Assembly: GCA_040390345.1 (NCBI GenBank)
Contig: JAZJYP010000075.1
Span: forward strand, 1,121 to 65,120
Length of the DNA stretch: 64,000 bases
Direction: 5' to 3'
Origin: Pseudomonadota bacterium
Lineage (GTDB): Bacteria; Pseudomonadota; Gammaproteobacteria; Burkholderiales; Burkholderiaceae_D
Below the pieces are notes generated by a model, which was given only the letters and a program-made list of their open reading frames with translations, ran no database searches and had not been told where the DNA came from. Of this stretch, positions 58,190 to 64,000 are shown piece by piece. Position 1 is the first letter of the stretch; each line of letters opens with the position of its first letter. The position numbers were made by a program, and so were the translations under genes.

Positions 58190-59911
58190 ATGAAGCCAGT
58201 CCGCCTGCCCGCCGCCGCCACCCTTGCCCTGCCGCGCTGGGCCCTGTTCGCCCTCGGCCTGCTGTACATCCTGCCCGGCCTGATCGGGCGCGATCCGTGG
58301 AAGGACGACGCCGGCAGCTTCGGCATCATGTGGACCATGGCCCACGGCAGCGTGGGCGACTGGCTGCTGCCCAATATCGCCGGCCTGCCCGGCAGCGGCG
58401 AAGGCCCGCTGGCCTTCTGGCTCGGCGCCGCCTGCATCAAGCTGTTCGGCTGGCTGGTCGGCGACCTGATGGCGGCGCGCCTGTCGACCATCGGCATCTT
58501 CGTCGGCGGCGCCCTGTCGCTCTGGTACGTCACCTTCCACCTGGGCCGGCGCGCCGACGCCCAACCCTTGCGCCTGGCCTTCGGCGGCCAGCCCGAGCCC
58601 GACGACTACGGCCGCACCCTGGCCGACACGGCCCTGCTGATCTACCTGGGCAGCCTGGGCTTGCTGCTGTTTAGCCACGAAACCCTGGCCGTGACCTTGC
58701 AGGGGGCCCTGCTGTCGACCTTCCTGTACCGCGCGGTGCGCTATGTCGAGCTGCCCGGCATGCGCAATGGCGCCCTGCTCGGCCTGGTGCTGGGCGCCCT
58801 GACGCTCACGCGCGGCTGGATCTCGCCGGCCGTGCTGGCCGTGGTGCTGTTCCTGTGTACCCAGTTCCTGGCCATGCCGACCGGGCGCGCGCTGCGCGAC
58901 ATCGGCGTGGCCGCGCTGGTGGCCATCTGCGTGACGCTGCTGTGGGTCGTGCCGGCCCAGCTGCTGCAACCCTACCACCAGGCGCCGGTGGCGGCCTGGC
59001 TGGCCTGGAACGCGGGCCAGGTCGGCATGCCCGAATGGAGCGCCGCCCGCAGCTTCCTGCGCGTGGGGATCTGGTTCTTCTGGCCGGCCTGGCCCTTCGC
59101 CTTCTGGGCCGTGTATGCCTGGCGGCGCCAGAACCGCCTGCTGCACATCGTGCTGCCGCTGTCCTTCGTGGTGGCGATGGTGGGCCTGATCCTGTGCAAT
59201 CCGGGCCCGGAAAACGGCGACCTGCTCAAGCTGCTGCCGCCGCTGGCCATCATGGCTGCCTTCGGCCTGCCGACCATGAAGCGCGGCGCCATCAACGCGA
59301 TCGACTGGTTCTCGGTGATGGTGCTGACCATGATCGCCGGCCTGATCTGGCTGTTCTGGATCGCCAAGCTGACCGGCTGGCCGGCCCAGCTGTCGAAAAA
59401 CGCGCTCAAGCTGGTGCCCGGCTTCACGCCCGAATTCCATCCGCTCGCCTTCGTCGTGGCGCTGGCCGCCAGCGTGGGCTGGATCGCGCTGGTGCATTGG
59501 CGCTTGTCGCGCCAGCCCTCGGTGCTGTGGCGCGCCGTGGTGCTGTCCTCGGGCGGCCTGATCTTGCTGTGGGTGATGCTGATGACCCTGTTCCTGCCCG
59601 AGCTGAACTACAGCAAGAGCTACCAGAGCGTGGCCCTGCAGATCGCCGCCAGGCTGCCGCCACAGGTGGGCTGCATCGATTCGAACGTGGGCCCGGCCCA
59701 GCGCGCCTCGTTTGCCTACTACGGCCAGCTGCCGTTCGCGCGCATCGACAGCGACAAATGCGATGTGCTGCTGCTGCAGGACAGCGTCAAGCGGCGCGAC
59801 GACAAGGAAATCGATCCGGCCTTCCGCGGCAAGCAATGGCAGTTGCTGTGGGAAGGGCGGCGCCCATCCGACCGCGACGAACGCTTCCGCCTGTACCGCC
59901 GCCTGCGCTAA
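58190..59911 (+). CDS. large polytopic membrane protein, GT-C/ArnT-PMT-like glycosyltransferase candidate
   Basis: 573 aa with more than 10 TM segments. It has an early periplasmic-loop acidic motif (GRDPWKDDAGSFG). The family call is tentative. Confidence 0.5.
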   Translation: MKPVRLPAAATLALPRWALFALGLLYILPGLIGRDPWKDDAGSFGIMWTMAHGSVGDWLLPNIAGLPGSGEGPLAFWLGAACIKLFGWLVGDLMAARLSTIGIFVGGALSLWYVTFHLGRRADAQPLRLAFGGQPEPDDYGRTLADTALLIYLGSLGLLLFSHETLAVTLQGALLSTFLYRAVRYVELPGMRNGALLGLVLGALTLTRGWISPAVLAVVLFLCTQFLAMPTGRALRDIGVAALVAICVTLLWVVPAQLLQPYHQAPVAAWLAWNAGQVGMPEWSAARSFLRVGIWFFWPAWPFAFWAVYAWRRQNRLLHIVLPLSFVVAMVGLILCNPGPENGDLLKLLPPLAIMAAFGLPTMKRGAINAIDWFSVMVLTMIAGLIWLFWIAKLTGWPAQLSKNALKLVPGFTPEFHPLAFVVALAASVGWIALVHWRLSRQPSVLWRAVVLSSGGLILLWVMLMTLFLPELNYSKSYQSVALQIAARLPPQVGCIDSNVGPAQRASFAYYGQLPFARIDSDKCDVLLLQDSVKRRDDKEIDPAFRGKQWQLLWEGRRPSDRDERFRLYRRLR

Positions 59912-60384
59912 GGACGGCGCACGTATTTCCCGTCAAAGGCGGTGCTCCAGGTCTTGCCGCCGTCCGTGGACGATTGCCAGTGCTGGCGCACGCTGCCATC
60001 GGGGTTGACGCTCCAGCTGATTTTCTGGCCGGCCGAAGCCAGCACCATCTTCCCCTCGCTGAACTGGCCATCGAGCAGCAGGCGGCTGCCGCTGCTGTCG
60101 ACCCAGGCCTGGTGCCACTGCTTGTCGCTAGCATCGTACATGTTCAGGCTCTTGCCCGTCACGCCGCCGCTGCCGCTCCAGTGCTCCAGCAGGGCGCAGC
60201 CGGCGCCGAAGGCCTCGATGCGGCTCTCTCCCACCTTCTTGCCATTGGGCGCGTAGACATCCCATTGGCCGATCCAAAAATCAAACTGATGGTGGAGCGC
60301 GTCGGCGCAGGACGGTGGCGCTGTTTGCGCCAGTGCGGGCGCGCTGGTCAGGGCAAGGGCGAGGGCGAAGGCAGTAGCTTGCAT
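59908..60384 (-). CDS. secreted hypothetical protein
   Basis: ATG 60384. It has a signal peptide (MQATAFALALALTSAPALA). It is convergent with the previous gene and overlaps it by 4 nt. Confidence 0.55.
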   Translation of the reverse strand: MQATAFALALALTSAPALAQTAPPSCADALHHQFDFWIGQWDVYAPNGKKVGESRIEAFGAGCALLEHWSGSGGVTGKSLNMYDASDKQWHQAWVDSSGSRLLLDGQFSEGKMVLASAGQKISWSVNPDGSVRQHWQSSTDGGKTWSTAFDGKYVRRP

Positions 60385-60436
60385 GGCGGCTCCTTGAACA
60401 GGGATGCCGCCAGCATAGCAATGTTTGGACGGCGCG

Positions 60437-61417
60437 TCAGGCCAGGTGCAGCTGGCGTTGTTCGCGCGGTGCCATGGCCGTTTCGGCTTCGGCCGAATAG
60501 ACCAGGCGCAGGGCCAGCGCATCGCGCCGTGCGGCCTTGATGTGGGCGCGGATGGCGCCAATGGCCACGGCCTGCATCTCGTGGCGCTTGCGCGCTTCCG
60601 AACGCTTCTTCGAGGCGATCGCCTCGAGCGCCAGTTCCGGCAGGTCTTCACAGGCGAGCACATAGTCGCCGTCGGCGCGCGCCACGGCGTGCAGCTCTTC
60701 CCACAAGGCGTTGTAGTCGGCGTGCACGCGTCCCTGGCGGCTGGACTTGGCCACCACGCGGTTGGCATTGCCGACCAGGATCAGGTCGCGGCAGCCGAGG
60801 TCGAAACCGAGCTGGCGCACCAGGCGCAGCAGCAGATTCTTCGGGCGCAAGCCATGCAGTTCGCGCGTGGCATGGCGGATCAGTTCCAGCCCCGCATTGC
60901 CGGGCGGGCCTTGCAGGCAGCCCAGGCCCAGGGTCAGGCCGCCCTGCTGGCGCAGGAAGGAAAAGGCCACCGAAGACACCAGGGTGTCGTGGTGCAGCAG
61001 TTGCAGGATCAGTTCGCCTTCACGCACCAGCACGCTGCCGGCGCGCAGCACCACGCGGTAGCCGAGGTCGGACTTGGCCTGCAGGCGGCACAGCTCGACC
61101 GGCTCGCGCGCAGCCTGGGCCACCAGCGGGGCCAGGCCGGTACGGATGACGAAGCCATAGTGGGCTGCGAGGGTGTCGAGGCGCTCGTCACAGGCGAGGT
61201 TGGTGGTGAGGTAGTCGCGGTAGATCTTGTTGACCAGGCGCGGGCAGGACGGCAGCATCTGGGCGAACAGGGGGTGGGAATTGAGCAGGCTCAGCCAGCG
61301 CCGGGTCTGGCGGCGATAGAACAGCGCGCGCGCGCTCAATTTCAGGGATTCCCGGACATAGGCCAGGCCATCGAGTTCCCCGGCCAGCCCGGACCGGAGC
61401 GTAATGCTGTTCGTCAT
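60437..61417 (-). CDS. VirK/YbjX (DUF535) family protein
   Basis: 326 aa. KIYRDYLTTNLACDERLDTLAAHYGF and the overall pattern fit DUF535. Confidence 0.7.
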   Translation of the reverse strand: MTNSITLRSGLAGELDGLAYVRESLKLSARALFYRRQTRRWLSLLNSHPLFAQMLPSCPRLVNKIYRDYLTTNLACDERLDTLAAHYGFVIRTGLAPLVAQAAREPVELCRLQAKSDLGYRVVLRAGSVLVREGELILQLLHHDTLVSSVAFSFLRQQGGLTLGLGCLQGPPGNAGLELIRHATRELHGLRPKNLLLRLVRQLGFDLGCRDLILVGNANRVVAKSSRQGRVHADYNALWEELHAVARADGDYVLACEDLPELALEAIASKKRSEARKRHEMQAVAIGAIRAHIKAARRDALALRLVYSAEAETAMAPREQRQLHLA

Positions 61418-61605
61418 CAGCCACCATGCAAGAAAAAGAGCGCAAACAAGGCGGTCGACGGGGGCAAGGTCGGCATTGTTTAACGTTGTAACGCAATGTA
61501 ACGTACTGTATCACAGCTTTGCTTCTAGTCAATACAGTTGGCAAATTTTTTACACCAGTCAATTTTTCTGGGCAGGATGCAACAATTGAACATGGCGGGG
61601 GAAGG

Positions 61606-61634
61606 CTTGCCGGAACAGGGCAAATCGGAGATAA
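61606..61634 (+). promoter_or_regulatory. sigma70-type promoter for tRNA-Leu
   Basis: TTGCCG-17 nt-GATAAT is followed by the GC-rich discriminator GCGGCTCGTC. The tRNA starts at 61646. Confidence 0.5.
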
Positions 61635-61645
61635 TGCGGCTCGTC

Positions 61646-61730
61646 GCCCGAGTGATGGAATTGGTAGACGTAGCGGACTCAAAATCCGCCGCCGCAAGGC
61701 GTGCCGGTTCAAGTCCGGCCTCGGGCACCA
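61646..61730 (+). tRNA. tRNA-Leu (anticodon CAA)
   Basis: A manual cloverleaf gives acceptor GCCCGAG/CTCGGGC, anticodon stem GCGGA/TCCGC with loop CTCAAAA, a long variable arm, T-arm GCCGG-TTCAAGT-CCGGC, and an encoded CCA. Confidence 0.9.
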
Positions 61731-61740
61731 GAATGCAGCA

Positions 61741-61842
61741 GCAAAAGCACGTCGGGGTCACATCCGACGGTTGGGAAAACCGGAATCGTGGTCTGACCCC
61801 GGTTTTCCCAACCGTCAGATGTGACCCCGACGTGCTTTTTGC
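61741..61842. repeat. ~100-bp near-perfect hairpin / MITE-like palindromic element
   Basis: The arms (61741-61783 and 61799-61842) are complementary over about 42 nt, with one C/T difference and one extra A. The loop is 15 nt. Confidence 0.85.
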
Positions 61843-61856
61843 TATGATGCTTCACC

Positions 61857-62546
61857 ATGTGCGTCAATTTCCGCTCCCCTGCCCCTGAATTGCTCGACGC
61901 CGTGCTCGGCGTGCTGATCGACGTCAACGAGACCTGGCCAGCCGAGACCTGGAAGGACTACGCCGCGCCCATCGTGCGTGCCGGCGCAGACGGCCGCCGC
62001 GAGGGCGTCGTGGCCAGCTATGGCATGGTGCCGCGCCGCCATATTCCGCCCGGCGTGCGCCCCTTCGACACCATGAATGCGCGCGCCGAAACGGTCGGCC
62101 AGCTGCGCTCCTTCGGCACGGCCTGGCGCGCCAGCCAGCTGTGCCTGGTGCCGATGACTTGCTTTTTCGAGCCGAACTACGAATCGGGCAAGGCCGAGCG
62201 CTGGTCCATCGCCGTGCCCGGCCAGGCTCTGTTTGCCGTGGCTGGCTTGTGGCGCGCCTGGCAGGAGCCCGGCGGCCATGTGGCCACCTCCTTCACCCAG
62301 ATCACCATCAACGCCGACGACCATCCCCTGATGCGCCGTTTTCACAAGCCGGGCGAGGAAAAACGCTCGCTGGTGATCGTGCCGCCCGAAGACTGGGACG
62401 CCTGGCTCAGCTGCCGCGACCCGGAACTGGCGCGCTCCTTCCTGCGCCCCTGGCCGGCCGCAGCAATGGCAGCCCAGGCGGCGCCGCTGCCGCCGCGCGC
62501 ACCAAAAAAAGTGGCGCCACTGCCCGTCCAGGAAAGCCTGCTGTGA
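61857..62546 (+). CDS. SOS-response-associated peptidase (SRAP/YedK family)
   Basis: It begins MC (Cys2 nucleophile) and has the SRAP pattern (NARAETV...R.LVPM..FFE). Confidence 0.85.
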   Translation: MCVNFRSPAPELLDAVLGVLIDVNETWPAETWKDYAAPIVRAGADGRREGVVASYGMVPRRHIPPGVRPFDTMNARAETVGQLRSFGTAWRASQLCLVPMTCFFEPNYESGKAERWSIAVPGQALFAVAGLWRAWQEPGGHVATSFTQITINADDHPLMRRFHKPGEEKRSLVIVPPEDWDAWLSCRDPELARSFLRPWPAAAMAAQAAPLPPRAPKKVAPLPVQESLL

Positions 62547-63337
62547 ACTGGCCGGCCCTGCTCCTGCTTGCGCTGGCGGGGCCGGCCTGGGGCGCCTGCA
62601 CGCGCGCCATCACGGTGCCGGTCTCGCCCGTGGGCATGTCCGTCATCGTCAACGGCAACGCCGTCAGCGGGGCCTTCCCGGAACTGCTCGAGCGCCTGGG
62701 CGAGAAGGCGGGCTGCCAGTTCGTCTGGTCGGTGGTGCCGCGCATCCGCCTCGAAATGATGTTCGAGGAGGGCCGCGCCGACCTGCTGCTGGCGGCCACG
62801 CGCAGCGAGCAGCGCGACTTGTCGGGCCTGTTCGTGCCCCTGGTCGCTTCGCGCGCCTCCCTCATTTCCATCGAAAAGGGCCAGGCGACTGTGGCCTCGC
62901 TGGCGCAGCTGCTCGAACGGCCCCACCTGCGCGTGGCCGTCGTGCGCGGCTACGATTACGGGCCGGCCTACCGCGAGATCAGCCGCAAGCTCGCCCAACA
63001 AAAGCGCCTCTACCTCGAGCCCGACGCGCTGTCGGTGGCGCGCCTGCTGGCCGGCGGCATGGCCGACGCCACCATCCTGCCCACCACCTCGATCGTCGGC
63101 GCCATCGCCCTCGACGCGCGCGTGGCCGGCCTGAAGGAGCGCCTGCGCTTCGAGCCGCTCGAAGAACTGCCCTGGTCACGCGGGGGGATTTACATTTCGA
63201 ACAAGTCCTTGCCGGCAGCGGACCGCGCCACGCTGGAACAGGCGCTGATGGCGGCCGGCCGCAGCGGCGCCCTGTACCAGGCCTACCTGAAGTATTTTTC
63301 GGCCGAGGTGCTGGCCGGTAGCACGCGCCCCCTGTGA
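62543..63337 (+). CDS. orphan periplasmic solute-binding protein (family 3-like)
   Basis: The GTG start overlaps the SRAP stop as GTGA. It has a signal peptide (NWPALLLLALAGPAWG). No transporter partners are nearby. Confidence 0.55.
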   Translation: MNWPALLLLALAGPAWGACTRAITVPVSPVGMSVIVNGNAVSGAFPELLERLGEKAGCQFVWSVVPRIRLEMMFEEGRADLLLAATRSEQRDLSGLFVPLVASRASLISIEKGQATVASLAQLLERPHLRVAVVRGYDYGPAYREISRKLAQQKRLYLEPDALSVARLLAGGMADATILPTTSIVGAIALDARVAGLKERLRFEPLEELPWSRGGIYISNKSLPAADRATLEQALMAAGRSGALYQAYLKYFSAEVLAGSTRPL

Positions 63338-63344
63338 CCGCGCC

Positions 63345-64000
63345 TCAGGGCACCGGCTTGGGGTCGGCCCAGTGCTCGTACTTGCGCTCGATGCGCTTCA
63401 TCGTGCCATCTTTGGCCATGGCGTCGGCGGCGGCATTCATTTTTTCCACCAGGGCTTCGGGCACGGCGCGGTTGCAGGCCAGGTAGAATTTGACGCGGTT
63501 GAACACCAGCAGCGGCACGATCTTGTCGGCCCAGCCGTACTGCTCGAGCACGGCGCCGCCGCGGCGCAGGCTGGCCGCCCATAGGTCGATCCGTCCGAGC
63601 AGCAGCTTTTGCGGATTGATCAGGTCGTTCTGGGCCGGGTCGACCAGGAAGCCGCGCGCGCGCAGGAATTCGTCGCGCGCGTCACCATGGTAGGTGCCGA
63701 TGCGCAGGTGGCGCGCGTCTTCCAGCGTCTTCAGGTGCAGGCCGCTGTCGGCGCGCCCCAGCAAGACCCATTCGCCTTCGTCGGTCGGGCCCACCCATTT
63801 GAACAGGGTTTCGCGCTCGGGCGTGCGGGCCGTCGAATAGACGCAGCCATCGGGGCGCTGTTCGGCCAGGGAATAGGCGCGCTTCCAGGGGAAGATCTCG
63901 ATCTGGTAGGTGACGCCACTGCGCGCCATGATCTCGCGCACCTTGTCGGTACCGATGCCGATCACCTTGTCGCCTTCGCGCATGCTGGCCGGGGCCGAGG
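63345..64000 (-). CDS. orphan periplasmic solute-binding protein (family 3-like), 5' end outside the window
   Basis: The reading frame is open to the window edge. The sequence is related in type to 21852-22568 and 62543-63337. Confidence 0.5.
   Translation of the reverse strand, partial: SAPASMREGDKVIGIGTDKVREIMARSGVTYQIEIFPWKRAYSLAEQRPDGCVYSTARTPERETLFKWVGPTDEGEWVLLGRADSGLHLKTLEDARHLRIGTYHGDARDEFLRARGFLVDPAQNDLINPQKLLLGRIDLWAASLRRGGAVLEQYGWADKIVPLLVFNRVKFYLACNRAVPEALVEKMNAAADAMAKDGTMKRIERKYEHWADPKPVP

Overview
This is a 64-kb slice of a high-G+C Gram-negative chromosome. Gene content (trxA-rho-rpmE2, pmbA/yjgA/mog, PEP-CTERM and HAF-repeat proteins, many orphan periplasmic binding proteins, GTAGGGTGGGCAC-type REP palindromes) suggests a betaproteobacterium of the Burkholderiales/Oxalobacteraceae type; this is inference, not verified. 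I support about 75 protein genes and one tRNA-Leu(CAA). I found no rRNA, CRISPR, transposase or integrase. Main blocks, in order: (1) 0-12 kb housekeeping and accessory genes (paaX-like, amidohydrolase, M14 peptidase, ompW, orphan TRAP binding protein, pmbA, yjgA, mog). (2) 12.4-17.3 kb: a class III aminotransferase convergent with a KamA-like radical-SAM / MFS / FAH operon. (3) 17.4-22.6 kb: a secreted Cache protein translationally coupled to an MCP, then HDOD, a TPR lipoprotein and an orphan binding protein. (4) 22.6-27.4 kb: an AT-rich leader, a PEP-CTERM metalloprotease, and two HAF-repeat paralogs split by a ParD/ParE-type toxin-antitoxin pair. (5) 31-39.6 kb: a complete five-step histidine utilisation operon hutU-H-G-F-D-I followed by a binding-protein/permease fusion, with a HutC-type operator upstream of hutU. 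(6) 39.7-47.9 kb: a mosaic, lower-G+C accessory stretch containing a solitary PemK/MazF-like toxin and a run of small same-strand ORFs separated by integron attC-like sites with no integrase. This is the most interesting candidate in the window. (7) ada plus a 2OG oxygenase, hutC, and a large hybrid histidine kinase with two single-domain receivers. (8) trxA-rho-rpmE2, a GT-C-like membrane protein, VirK, tRNA-Leu followed by a ~100-bp near-perfect hairpin, an SRAP peptidase, and two more orphan binding proteins. Most long ORFs in the six-frame track that overlap these genes in other frames are high-G+C shadow ORFs and were ignored. All functional calls come from my own motif and family recognition; no searches were run.
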